Shown here: positions 39,504-50,000 of the stretch, one piece after another
Position numbering within the stretch: position 1 is the stretch's first letter
How the letters are laid out: each line of letters begins with the position of its first letter
DNA from: Candidatus Multivoradales bacterium
Lineage (GTDB): Bacteria; Acidobacteriota; Thermoanaerobaculia; Multivoradales; Multivoraceae
Length of the DNA: 64,000 nt
NCBI GenBank assembly: GCA_965223325.1
Contig: CBDCWI010000002.1
Span: 2,048,001 to 2,112,000, forward strand
Reading direction: 5' to 3'
The notes under the pieces: model-generated
What the model was told of the DNA's origin: nothing
Databases searched by the model: none
Seen by the model: the letters and a program-made list of their open reading frames with translations, nothing else
Made by a program: the position numbers and the translations under genes

Positions 39504-41354
39504 ATGTGCGGCATCGCAGGCATCGTCAAAGGCCCGTTCGACAGCAAGTCGCGACTCGAGGTGGTCCGGCACATGGCCGAAGAGCTGCGCCACCGTGGCC
39601 CCGACTCGAGCGGTGACTATGCCGACGAGGTCGCAGCCCTCGCCCATCGACGCCTCGAGGTGATCGACCTCACGGCGGCAGCGGCCCAGCCGTTTCGACT
39701 CGGCTCGCTGTGGCTGGTCTACAACGGCGAGATCTACAACCATCGAGCGCTGCGACAGGAACTCGAAGCCGCGGGCGAAGGCCCCTTCCACTCGACCAGT
39801 GACACCGAAGTCGTTCTGCGGTTGTTTCGTCGTCATGCAGCGGCGGCGGTCGAGAAACTCATCGGGATGTTCGCCTTCGCGATCTGGGACAGTGAGGCAA
39901 AGACTCTCTTCGCCGCCCGCGATCGCCTGGGAATCAAACCCTTCGCCTACCGGCTGCTCCCCGGCGGGGGTCTGGCCTTCGCCTCGGAGGTGAACCCCCT
40001 CGCACACCCTGAGCTGGATGCACACGGTGGCTCGCCAGATCTCGACCGGGCCGCACTGGTCGACTTCTTCCGCTGGAAGTACGTGCCGTCACCCCACTCC
40101 ATCTGGCAGGGAGTGACGAAGTTGCCGCCAGCACACACTTTGACGCTCGCACCCGGCGACAGCTCGCCGACGCTTCGCCGCTACTGGCAACCGGTCTCGA
40201 CCGAGACGACGACCGACGCCGCCGTGGCCGACGCGCGCTTCGATGAGCTCTTCTCCACCGTCGTCTCTGAGCACACCATGTCAGACGTGCCGCTGGGGGT
40301 CTTTCTGTCCGGCGGGCTCGACTCGAGTTCGATTGCCGCGAGCATGGCCGGTGAAAGCGGTGAGCGAGCGGCGATCGAAACCTTCACTCTCGGTTTCGAC
40401 GTAGGTTCGCACGACGAAGCCCAGACGGCACGCGAAACCGCTCGCTTTCTCGGCACCAAACACCACGAGGAACACGCCGACGGACCCGGCCTCGACGAAG
40501 CGCTGTCGCACTACACCGAGATCTTCGATGAACCATTCGGCGACCACGGCGCCTGGCCGATGGCACGCGTCGCGCGGCTCGCCCGGCGCAACGTCACGGT
40601 GGCGCTCTCCGGCGAAGGCGGTGACGAGCTCTTCGCCGGTTACCCCTGGTACACCAAGTTCCCGCGCTTCAAGAACAGCGCTGGAGCCTCGCTGCTCGCC
40701 CGCGGGCTGCCGGCGCAAAGCAAAGCGGCGCGCTCCGCCGCGCGACGATCTGCTCGCGAAGTCGAGCGCTACGCCTACTTCCTCGGGCCGTTTACACAAC
40801 GTCAGATCGATGGACTGCTGCATCCCGACCTGCTCGCACATGAGTGCCGCTTAGATCGCGACCCGTGGTGGCACGCGCGACGCTTCTGGCGCCACGACCT
40901 GAGCCCGATCAAGCGGCTGCAATGGGCCGACCTGCACACCTACCTTGTCGACGACATGCTCACCAAGGTGGATCGCGCCAGCATGTGGGTCTCACTCGAA
41001 GCGCGCCCACCGTTCGTCGATCACCGCCTCGTCGAGTTCGCTCTCGGCCTCCACCCAGAACTCATGCACGGAGGATCAGAGGGGAAACTCATCACCCGCC
41101 GCTGGCTGGCTGGCCGTGTACCCCAGGCGGTCCTCACGCAACGCAAGATCGGTTTCTCGATGCCCGTCATGCGCTGGGTGCGCCGGCGTCCCGAACTTCT
41201 GCGGCGGGCGCTGGATCGCCTGCACGACCGCGGCGTTCTGACCCAACCCGGCGGCTGGCTCCGCCACCAATTGCCGTTCACCAACGAACAGGCGTGGTGC
41301 CTTCTGGTTCTCGACCGCTTCTTCGCCGCACGGAACTCCCAAGCGTCACTCTGA
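39504..41354 (+). CDS. asnB: Asparagine synthase (glutamine-hydrolyzing) family amidotransferase
   Basis: MCGIAG, HRGPD, NGEIYN, LSGGLDSS, SGEGGDELF, KVDRASM..SLEAR. Confidence 0.95.
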   Translation: MCGIAGIVKGPFDSKSRLEVVRHMAEELRHRGPDSSGDYADEVAALAHRRLEVIDLTAAAAQPFRLGSLWLVYNGEIYNHRALRQELEAAGEGPFHSTSDTEVVLRLFRRHAAAAVEKLIGMFAFAIWDSEAKTLFAARDRLGIKPFAYRLLPGGGLAFASEVNPLAHPELDAHGGSPDLDRAALVDFFRWKYVPSPHSIWQGVTKLPPAHTLTLAPGDSSPTLRRYWQPVSTETTTDAAVADARFDELFSTVVSEHTMSDVPLGVFLSGGLDSSSIAASMAGESGERAAIETFTLGFDVGSHDEAQTARETARFLGTKHHEEHADGPGLDEALSHYTEIFDEPFGDHGAWPMARVARLARRNVTVALSGEGGDELFAGYPWYTKFPRFKNSAGASLLARGLPAQSKAARSAARRSAREVERYAYFLGPFTQRQIDGLLHPDLLAHECRLDRDPWWHARRFWRHDLSPIKRLQWADLHTYLVDDMLTKVDRASMWVSLEARPPFVDHRLVEFALGLHPELMHGGSEGKLITRRWLAGRVPQAVLTQRKIGFSMPVMRWVRRRPELLRRALDRLHDRGVLTQPGGWLRHQLPFTNEQAWCLLVLDRFFAARNSQASL

Positions 41355-41663
41355 AGGTTCCTCTCGCTCCACCGACTGGAGCGGTACGTCCTCGCCGGCG
41401 AACCAGGCCAAGCCGATGTGGTCGCCGACCTCGAGCACCGAGTCGAGTCCGCTGACCACCAACCAACACTCCTCCTCGGCCTCGACATCCAGAAGGCGAA
41501 GGCGGGCGCCCAACGAAGGCGCCACGTCGAGCACCCGGTAGTGGCGGAAGGTCGGGAGCGTCGTGCCCCCCTCCCCGGAAGATGCCCCGGAAAGGTGCTG
41601 GCCAGCTTGCGGCCCCTTTGCGTCGTCGTTCTCATCTCCCATCAACCTCGTTCTCATTCTCAT
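41346..41663 (-). CDS. Small hypothetical protein
   Basis: Strong GGAGGAG upstream of MRMRT; plausible beta-rich acidic C-terminal half. Confidence 0.55.
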   Translation of the reverse strand: MRMRTRLMGDENDDAKGPQAGQHLSGASSGEGGTTLPTFRHYRVLDVAPSLGARLRLLDVEAEEECWLVVSGLDSVLEVGDHIGLAWFAGEDVPLQSVEREEPSE

Positions 41664-41857
41664 CTTCGTCTCCTCCCTCAGGTAGTGCAGCTTGCGCCGC
41701 TGTCCTTCTCCGTTGCCACTCTTGTTCAGGGCCCCCTGGCCCGTCGGTGGGCTCTCGTCTACGAGGACGCAAAGCCGCGGCGAAAGCTGACAAGAAGCTC
41801 GACGATTCGACGCGGTAGGGTGCGCCACACATCTGAGTTCACGGAGGGAAGTAGGCA

Positions 41858-42562
41858 ATGATCGACCTCTACTACTGGCCGACGCCCAACGGCTGGAAAG
41901 CCTCGATCGCGCTCGAGGAGATGGAACTGCCCTATGAGGTGCAGTGGGTCAACATCGGCCGCGGTGCGCAGTTCGAACCCGCCTTTCTCGACATCTCGCC
42001 CAACAACCGCATGCCAGCGATCGTCGACCGTGACCCGGCGGGCGGCGGCGAACCCATCTCGGTGTTCGAGTCGGGGGCGATTCTCTGGTACCTGGCCGAG
42101 AAGACCGGGAAGTTCCTGCCTGAAGACCTGCGCGGGCGCACGGCGGTCTCGGAGTGGTTGTTCTGGCAGGTCGGCGGGCTCGGCCCGATGCTCGGCCAAC
42201 ATGGCCATTTCGCGCTCTACGCCGAAGACAAGATCGACTACGCCATCGACCGCTACCGCGCGGAAGCACTGCGGCTGTATGGGGTTCTCGACCGCCAGCT
42301 GGCAAAGAACGAGCACATCGCCGGCCACGCCTATTCGATCGCCGATATGGCGTCCTGGCCCTGGGTGTTGACCTACAAGAGCCAGGGCATCGACCTCGAC
42401 CCGTTCGAGAACGTGCGCCGCTGGTACGACGCCCTCAAGGCTCGTCCAGGGTTGCGGCGCGGCTACGCCCTTGGGAAAGACAACCGTCCAAAGCGCGGCA
42501 GCAAGGGGCCTGACGAAGAGGCGCGCAAGCACCTCTTCGGCACCGCAGGCGAAGACACTTGA
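41858..42562 (+). CDS. Glutathione S-transferase (YfcG-like)
   Basis: MIDLYYWPTPNG, ISPNNRMP, FESGAIL, YSIAD. Confidence 0.95.
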   Translation: MIDLYYWPTPNGWKASIALEEMELPYEVQWVNIGRGAQFEPAFLDISPNNRMPAIVDRDPAGGGEPISVFESGAILWYLAEKTGKFLPEDLRGRTAVSEWLFWQVGGLGPMLGQHGHFALYAEDKIDYAIDRYRAEALRLYGVLDRQLAKNEHIAGHAYSIADMASWPWVLTYKSQGIDLDPFENVRRWYDALKARPGLRRGYALGKDNRPKRGSKGPDEEARKHLFGTAGEDT

Positions 42563-43803
42563 CGGCGAGCGGCGAGCCCGCCGAGCAACGACGCCCTCGG
42601 CTCTACTACGGATGGCACGTCATCGCGACCCTGTTCGTGATGCTCGGCTTCTCCTCGGGGCTCGGTTTCTACATCCAATCTGTCCTGCTCGAGGCGTTGA
42701 CCAGCGAGCGCGGCTTCGCCGTCGCCAGCGCATCGTTCGCGACCACCATCTTCTTCCTCGCCAGCGGCATCGCCGGCCTCGGCGTCGCCGTGTTGATTGA
42801 ACGCTTCGACGCGCGCTTCTCGATTGCCGCCGGCGTTCTGGTCGCGGCGGCATCGCTGGCACTGGTCGGCCGCGTGCGCGAGATCTGGCAGCTATACCTG
42901 CTCTTCGCTCTCTTTGGCTGCGGTTTCGCCGGCGCCAACATGGTCACCGGAACGACCCTCGTCACGCGCTGGTTCGCGAGGCGCCGCCCCCTCGCTCTTG
43001 CCGTGGCGGCAACCGGCTTGTCGGTGGGAGGCATCGTTATCACGCCGATTGCAGCGGGCTTCATCGACCGGCTGGGGCTGGAGCGCAGCACCCCGTGGCT
43101 GGCCGTGGCGCTCATTCTCGGAGTCATCCCGCTCACTCTCTTCATGCTCCGCGACCGCCCCGAGGTGCTCGGCCTGCGGCCCGATGGCGCGCCGCCTGAA
43201 AGTCCCGACGCGCCCGCCGCAACCGTCAGCACACCCTTTCGAACGGCCGTCCGCTCACGTTTCTTCCTAGGCGTCACCGGTGCGTACGCCTTCGGGCTGA
43301 TGGCTCAGGTCGGCGGCATCGCTCATCAGTTCAAGTGGATCACCGATCAGGCCGACAACACCGTCGCCGCCGCCGGCGTGTCGACGCTCGCCGGCGCCAG
43401 CATCTTCGGTCGACTGATTGCCAGCGGCTTCCTGGGACGCTTTGCGGTGCGCGCGGTGGCCATCGTGCTCGCTCTTGCGCAGGCGATGGCACTCGGCCTG
43501 CTGGGCCAGGTGCACGGCGCCGTCGCTCTTCTTTTGGCTTCGGCGCTCTTCGGCTTGACGGTCGGAAGCTTCCTCTTGATGCGCCCGCTTCTGATTGCCG
43601 AAGCGTTCGGCGTTGGCAGCTACGCGCGCATCTACTCGTTCAGCAACGTCCTGGCGTCGTTGGGAGTCGCCGCCGGACCCGCCGTCCTCGGCCTCCTGCA
43701 CGACTACGCCGGCGGCTACCCCACCGCCTACCTGGCGGCAGCAGGCGGTTCGTTGATTGCGGGTGGGTGCCTGGTGCTGGCCGGCCCGATCGCCAGCGCC
43801 TGA
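42559..43803 (+). CDS. MFS transporter
   Basis: YYGW N-terminus, 12 TM-like segments, RWFARRR. Confidence 0.92.
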   Translation: MTASGEPAEQRRPRLYYGWHVIATLFVMLGFSSGLGFYIQSVLLEALTSERGFAVASASFATTIFFLASGIAGLGVAVLIERFDARFSIAAGVLVAAASLALVGRVREIWQLYLLFALFGCGFAGANMVTGTTLVTRWFARRRPLALAVAATGLSVGGIVITPIAAGFIDRLGLERSTPWLAVALILGVIPLTLFMLRDRPEVLGLRPDGAPPESPDAPAATVSTPFRTAVRSRFFLGVTGAYAFGLMAQVGGIAHQFKWITDQADNTVAAAGVSTLAGASIFGRLIASGFLGRFAVRAVAIVLALAQAMALGLLGQVHGAVALLLASALFGLTVGSFLLMRPLLIAEAFGVGSYARIYSFSNVLASLGVAAGPAVLGLLHDYAGGYPTAYLAAAGGSLIAGGCLVLAGPIASA

Positions 43804-43834
43804 ACACTGGCTGTTCCCGGCTTGTTCTTGCGCG

Positions 43835-44122
43835 CTACTTGTCGCGCACCTCGTAGACCCGAATGCACTTGATGTAGGGGTTCTCCGACGCCACCGCGCA
43901 GGCCTCGTCGAGGCTTTCGGCCTCGATGATCGTGCAGCCGGTCATGGAGTCGGCTCCCCAGGGCAGGTCTTCGGTGCCCGACGCCGAGATCTCGCGGCCG
44001 CCGGCGAACCCCAGGTTGTCGACCGTTCTCTCGGCGACCTTCTCGAACCAACCACGCCACGCTTCCATGATCTCCGGTGTCGGTTTCTCGAACCCACAGT
44101 GCAACAACACAAACTTCTTCAT
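43835..44122 (-). CDS. YCII-related small protein
   Basis: MKKFVLL...MEAWRGWF...TGCTIIEAESLDEA...IRVYEV. Confidence 0.8.
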   Translation of the reverse strand: MKKFVLLHCGFEKPTPEIMEAWRGWFEKVAERTVDNLGFAGGREISASGTEDLPWGADSMTGCTIIEAESLDEACAVASENPYIKCIRVYEVRDK

Positions 44123-44147
44123 CCCTTCTCCCCGATCGTTCGTTCGG

Positions 44148-45368
44148 CTAGCCGGTGATCATGAGCATGTGCGTTTCGTGACCCGCACCGGCACCGCCAA
44201 CGGCCGCAACTTTGTTGTCCCTTGTGGTGCCGAGAATCTGGCAGTGCTCGCTACCCGCGCCGAGGTAGAACCCGTAGCGCTGCTGGTTGCCACGGTTGCC
44301 TTCGTTCTTGTCGTAGGCAGCACAGCCAACCAGTTGAATCCTCTTACCCGCAGGAATGTGGAAGCCATCGTACAGCTGCGCCGGAGCGGCGCTGTTCCAG
44401 CTGTTTGAGTCGGCATGACAACCAACGAAGGAGTTCGGGCCGGAGTTGATGTGAAAGCCGTGCTGTTCGTTGTCTTGCGACTCACAGGCCGAGAACTGGT
44501 TGCGCCAGGTGCGCACGATGAAGCCCGACAGGTCGCTGTACCAGGCCTTGCAGTTGGTGAAGCGGTTGTTGGCACCTTCGATGTAGAAGCCAGCACCCGA
44601 AGCGCTGCCGCACTCGCACTGGGTGTAGAACCCGTCGGGGCAGTCGATGTGGAAACCGTGCGCTACGGGCTCGGCGCCTTCGGCCCCGGGGTTGTAGACC
44701 CGCACACCCGAAAGCTTCGTCGCTCGCATGCGGCCGCCGGCCAGGTGCACCGCGCTGTGCCGAGTGCGGAAGACGTAGAGGTCGGAGAACCAGTGCCCGG
44801 CGTCAGGTCCTTCGTCGAACCCCGCGTTAGAGGTGATGTTGTAGTAGATACCCTTGACCTCGGCACCCTGATAGCGGTTACCGTCGAGCGCCAACCAGGC
44901 GACGTGGTTCTTCTGGGTGTCCGCCGCCGCGGGCTCTATGAGACCGCCCACCGTCGTGCCGTCGAACGCTGGCCAGGTCCCGTGGGCACGCAGAATGGTC
45001 GAACGCCCCTGACCGACGAGCGCGATTCGCGTGGTGAGCCGAACCGCGCCGGTGCAATGGAACAGACCCTCGCTCAGGCGCACCGTTCCGCCATGACTGG
45101 CAAGAGCGGCAACCGCCGCGGCGATCGTCTGGTCGTCGTCGGTGCCGTCGCACTGGTAGTGCGCGACTTCTCGCACGCGCGGGTGCGCATCGGCCGAGGC
45201 CACCAACAACGTGTCGGGGCCGGTCTCGAAGTCTTCGAGACTGATGACCTCGGCGCCGGGCGCTCGCTCGGCCGCAGGATCAGACTCGGCTGCGCGGGCG
45301 ACCAGCGGCAGGCCAGGGATTGCCGCGGCAGGAACCGCAAGTCGGTGCAGAAAACGCCGGCGATTCAT
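44148..45368 (-). CDS. Tat-exported right-handed beta-helix (pectin lyase / tailspike-like) protein
   Basis: NRRRFL Tat motif; HYQCDGTDDDQTIAAA...GGTVRLSEG; repeated N.F..C...N...GF.I rungs. Confidence 0.85.
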   Translation of the reverse strand: MNRRRFLHRLAVPAAAIPGLPLVARAAESDPAAERAPGAEVISLEDFETGPDTLLVASADAHPRVREVAHYQCDGTDDDQTIAAAVAALASHGGTVRLSEGLFHCTGAVRLTTRIALVGQGRSTILRAHGTWPAFDGTTVGGLIEPAAADTQKNHVAWLALDGNRYQGAEVKGIYYNITSNAGFDEGPDAGHWFSDLYVFRTRHSAVHLAGGRMRATKLSGVRVYNPGAEGAEPVAHGFHIDCPDGFYTQCECGSASGAGFYIEGANNRFTNCKAWYSDLSGFIVRTWRNQFSACESQDNEQHGFHINSGPNSFVGCHADSNSWNSAAPAQLYDGFHIPAGKRIQLVGCAAYDKNEGNRGNQQRYGFYLGAGSEHCQILGTTRDNKVAAVGGAGAGHETHMLMITG

Positions 45369-45493
45369 CAGAGAACCCTCCAGAGAATGAATTCAAAAGA
45401 AGCTATAAGTCTACTCCTTTTCCGTCACGCTCTGCAGAACCTGCCGCCAGTCGATGAATCGTGCGCTTTGCCCCGGTCAGGCGATGGCTGCGT

Positions 45494-46927
45494 TCAAGGC
45501 AACTCTGTGTCCCAGGCGTTGGTGTTGCCGGTTTCGAGACCGTCGGCAAACAGTTGACCGGAGGCACCAAAGTCCTTCACGCACGAGGGATAGTGGGCAT
45601 CGAGCCGCGAGGTCAAATGGGAAACGACCGTCGGGTGCAAGTTCGCCGTCGAGCCACAACCGGTCAAGTGACAGTAGCTCATCAGGGTGCCGGCCCCGCC
45701 CGACGGGCAGCTCGTCGCGCCGCCATAGCAGCCACCTTCACCGGCGAAGCACTGATCGATCGGTGTTGGGTAGCAGTGAGTGTGCGGTGAGCCGAGGTTG
45801 TGGCCGAGCTCGTGCGCGGTGATCTTGAGGCTGCTGGCGATTGAGATCGCGGGATTCCAGAAAACCCGGTTGACACTGTAGCCACCGCCGTAGCTCTGCT
45901 TCTCACAGAAGGCGTCGAGCCAGGCGATGCCAGACGCGCCGTAGGCACTCTCCTGCTTGCCCGAGATCTGCATCACGAAGGTGCGCGAGACATCTCCATG
46001 GTTTGCCGCCCAGTAGTTGCCGAGCTCGAGCAGCTGAGCGTAGGTGCTGTCTGAGGACGTGGTGCTGTAGGAGTCCGTCAAGCGAAGGAAGGTCTCTCCC
46101 TGTGCCAAGTGGAGATCGAGGTCGCGTTCATAGAGCACGTTCATCTGCAGGAACATGTCCGCCAACCAGGCGGTGGCCGCAGCCTCGCTGTCCGAGAAAC
46201 GCTTCGACATCATCTCGTCGTCGACATCGACGGCGACTTCGACCTCGCGCATCCCAGGCGCTGCGCCCCGTTGGTTCGGAGCGGGCGGTGGATCGATAGA
46301 CCCCGCGAAGGGGTTGTCGAGGTCACGTGAATCGATGGGATCCGTGCCGCACTCGTACTCGAGCCCGTCGGAAACAACGACCGACTCACGGAGTGCATGC
46401 CGACTGGCATCGCCACCCGAGCGCTCGTTGAACTCGACGATGGAACCGCCGTCCATGACAAGGCCTCGCATGCGGTCAGTCGCCGGGTCAAAGGCAACGC
46501 CAAAGCGAATCGCCCCGTCGTTGGTGCGGCCACGGAAGTATCGTCGCGCGTCGCGCGGGACCTCGCGCTCCCCCGCCCTGTCGACGACGACGATGCGGGC
46601 GCGTTCGGAGTAGATCGCGACGCGCTCGAGCGTCACCGGCTGGCGCGAACCGATGGCAACCGGAAACTCTGAGAGCAACAGGCGGTCACCCATGGTCGCC
46701 GACTCGAGGGCGGCGGTCAGGTTCTCGGGAAGGCGAAAGGCTTCCTCGAGAGCATCGGGCGTGCGGCTGCGCACACCAGGCTCGAAGCTGACCTCGAGCG
46801 ACACGTCTTCTGCCGCCAGCGGCAGGCAGGTCACCAGAAAAAGAAGCGCAACAAAGAAAGGAGGAAGACGAGGACACTGCAGGGAACGGTTCATCGGAAC
46901 AGACTCCAGATCAGCAACTTTGGGCAC
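45494..46927 (-). CDS. Secreted M12/reprolysin-like Zn metalloprotease
   Basis: Signal peptide, prodomain with CG, GIAW, HELGHNLGSPH, Met-turn TLMSY, C-terminal LFADGLE. Confidence 0.9.
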   Translation of the reverse strand: MPKVADLESVPMNRSLQCPRLPPFFVALLFLVTCLPLAAEDVSLEVSFEPGVRSRTPDALEEAFRLPENLTAALESATMGDRLLLSEFPVAIGSRQPVTLERVAIYSERARIVVVDRAGEREVPRDARRYFRGRTNDGAIRFGVAFDPATDRMRGLVMDGGSIVEFNERSGGDASRHALRESVVVSDGLEYECGTDPIDSRDLDNPFAGSIDPPPAPNQRGAAPGMREVEVAVDVDDEMMSKRFSDSEAAATAWLADMFLQMNVLYERDLDLHLAQGETFLRLTDSYSTTSSDSTYAQLLELGNYWAANHGDVSRTFVMQISGKQESAYGASGIAWLDAFCEKQSYGGGYSVNRVFWNPAISIASSLKITAHELGHNLGSPHTHCYPTPIDQCFAGEGGCYGGATSCPSGGAGTLMSYCHLTGCGSTANLHPTVVSHLTSRLDAHYPSCVKDFGASGQLFADGLETGNTNAWDTELP

Positions 46928-46989
46928 CTTGTGCAGGAGCTTTACGGAAGGCGAGCGCCGGTGATCGAAGGATCACCAGGATCAAGAGA

Positions 46990-47016
46990 ATTATAGCATA
47001 AAGACTATAAGTCTTT
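46990..47016 (-). promoter_or_regulatory. Extended -10 (TGCTATAAT) plus adjacent palindromic operator-like site
   Basis: Minus-strand TGCTATAAT at 46990-46998; AAAGACT-ATA-AGTCTTT at 47000-47016. Confidence 0.65.
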
Positions 47017-47086
47017 CGCTCCAAACCCCTGCAAAAACAGTGTTTCGGCCTCTATTCGGGCCTCTAACTGGTCTATTCGGTGCGAC

Positions 47087-50000
47087 TTAGCGCCCTTCGA
47101 GCGCGCTGCCAACGGCGTCGTGAAAGGCCGGCCGCAGTTGACGGATTCGGGTGTTGTCGCGGGTCGGATGCACCCGGTTCGTCAACAGGACCACGAACAG
47201 CTCGCGCCCCGGATCGAGCCACAGTGACGTGCCGGTGAACCCCGTATGGCCGTAAGAGCCCGGGCCGAAGCAGCAGCCCGAACTGCTCGGTGCCGACGGC
47301 GTGTCCCAACCGAGCGCGCGACTGCTCTCTGGAACACCGGCGTCACCTCCGACGCGGGTGGTGAACCTGGTGACCGTCGCGCCGTTCAGAATCCGTCGCC
47401 CGTCGAGGACTCCCCCGGAAAGCATCGCCTGGGCGAAGCGTGCCAGGTCAGGACCGGTCGAGAACAGCCCGGCATGGGGTGCGACACCACCCAGGCCGGC
47501 AGCATTCTCGTCGTGCACTTCGCCGTGAACCTGGCGACCGCGAAACTTCTGGTCGATCTCGGTGGGCGGAATGCGCGCGAGCTCGGCCGCACCCGGAGTG
47601 AACATCGTGTTGTGCATGCCGAGCGGCGCAAAGATTCGTTCCCGAGCCAGCTGGTCGAGGGGTTTGCCAGAAAGGCGCACCAGCACCTCGCCTAGCAGCA
47701 TGATGCCGAGGTCGGAGTACTCGGTCCTGGTGCCCGGGTCGTAGGCGAGGGGCAACGCGAAGATTTCGTCGAGGTAGGCAGCACGCGCCTCTTCAGGTTC
47801 GAGCACACCATGGCGAGCCCAGAGATCGGTCCACCACAAGATGCCGCTCGAATGGGTCAACAGGTCACGCACTTTGACCAAGTGGCGACGGGGATCGTCG
47901 GCGGCTGCGTTCCATTCGGGCAAGTAGCGCTCGAGGGGTGCGTCGAGATCCAGGCGACCCCGTTCGACTTCATACATTGCCAGCGTCGTGGTGACGATGA
48001 CCTTGGTCAGCGAAGCGAGGTCCCAAAGCGACTCGATTTCAATTGCTGGAGAGTCCGCGTCGTAGGTCTGGCGACCGACTGCCGCGGCAAAAACGACCTC
48101 GCCACGATGACCAACGACCGCGACGGCCCCGGGCGTTACCTTGTCTAGAACGGCCTGCTCGAGGACGGCGCGCGCAGTGTCGAAGCCGGCGCCGGAAACG
48201 CCGGCGACCGTGAAAGCACCCGCGGTCGGCTGCCGCTCGAGGCCCGTTCCGATGGGCCAGGCTGCACCGTCACCTGAACCTCCTAGGGCGACTGGTGTGC
48301 GACCGGTGATCGCCGCTTCGCCGAACAGAGCGCCGACCAGCGCTCGCTGGCTGGCTGGCGAGGTGTCCCAGGCCAGGAGCCGCACAGTCGACCGTTCGGG
48401 AGCTGCCTCGAAAGCAGCTTGTGCTGGCACCAGGGCGGCGCGCGGATCATAGAAACTCGCCACGACCAGCGGGTTTCCGCGCTCAGCCAGTTCGGTGAGC
48501 GCCGCTCGTGGCGCATCAGGTTTTTCGACGAACCACGCCAGGAGCACAACGGTTTCCGCGGCGAGACGCTCGCCCGGTTCCGCCAGCAGTTGACGGACGG
48601 CACTGTCGAGCCCGCCCGGCGTAGTCCGCACCACATCGACCCGCGCGGCGCGCGCGCGCAACGCCCGCTCGAGCGGCGCTGCACTGACCCCGGCCGCGCG
48701 CGGCGGCAGGACTTCGATCGAAGTGACCGCCGGTGGTGTGCGACTGGCAAGAGGGAAACCTCCGCTATCTTCGAGGAGGGTGATCGACTGCTCAGCAACT
48801 CGCGCCCCGACGCCCGACCAGGACGACAACCCCACCGAGCTTTCGAGCTCTGCGGGATCCTCGGTCGACGTCCTCACCGGAGGTTCACTGCCGACCCTCC
48901 TGACGAAGGCCTTTGCCAGCAGCACCCGCCGCACCGCGTCGTCGAGCCGCTCCATCGGCAGGCGGCCGCTCTTGGCGGCTTTGACCAGCGCGGCGTGGGC
49001 GGCGCGCGGCTCGGCCGGCAAGAGGAGAACGTCGATGCCGGCCAAGAGTGCTTCGATCTCGAGCTCTCCGACCGGAACGCGACCTTCACCCGAGGCTCCG
49101 ACCATTTCGAGCGCGTCGCTGACGACCAGGCCGCTGAAACCGAGTTCACCGCGAAGCAGGCCTCCGAGAACCTCCGGCGAACGCGAGATCGGTCGCTCGG
49201 CCGCACCGTCGAGGGCCGGGATCGCCAGGTGTGCGGGCATCAAACCGGCGACCCCCGCGTCGATCGCGCGCCGGAATGGCTCGAGCTCGCTCTCGAGCTG
49301 CGCGTGCGACAGGTCGACGCGCGGCAGGGCGACGTGGGAGTCGACCGTTGTCGGGCCGTGGCCGGGAAAGTGCTTCGCCACCGTGAGCACCCCCTCAGCC
49401 TGGGCCGCTTCGATGAAGGCAGCACCGAGAAGCGCAACGCGCTCGGGATCGGCGCCGAACGAACGCGTGGCAATGGCTCGATTGGCCAGGTCGGTGACGC
49501 GATCGAGCACCGGCGCCAACAGAATCGAGACCCCCATCGCTCGCGCTTCGCGAGCCGTGATTGTGCCCTGGGTGCGAATTGCAGACTCCGCGTCGCTCGA
49601 GTTGGCAATCGCGCCATAGGCCATCGCGCGCGGGAAGCGAGTCGCGCCGTCGACACGCATCGCCGTTCCCCACTCGTAGTCGGAGGCGATGAGTGGTGCC
49701 ACCTTCGAGGCATCCCGCAGTCGCTCGACCACCCGCCGGGTGCCGTAGGGCTCGCCGGCGAACAGGACCGCCCCACCGACCTTGCCTTCGCGTGCGAGCT
49801 CTAAGACCTCTTGCAGGTCGGCGTTGCCTTCGGCATAGAACCGACCAAAGACGCGTGGCAACAGCAACTGCCCGACCTTCTCTTCGAGCGACAGGGTGGC
49901 GAGCGTTTGCTCGGCCCACTGTTGGTCGACTCCGTCCTCCAGACGGTCGCCAAACCAGGGGACCGCCTTCTCAACCTGCGAAGGCGTGCTCTCCTGACCG

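Noticed and set aside
39504-41354. asnB as a lasso-peptide cyclase
   Set aside because: It has an intact N-terminal Cys glutaminase domain, and no precursor, B1 or B2 genes are nearby; the O-antigen ligase neighbour suggests glycan amidation.
47040-47085. Short TCTATTCGG / GGCCTCTA duplications
   Set aside because: Too short and too few to distinguish from local slippage.
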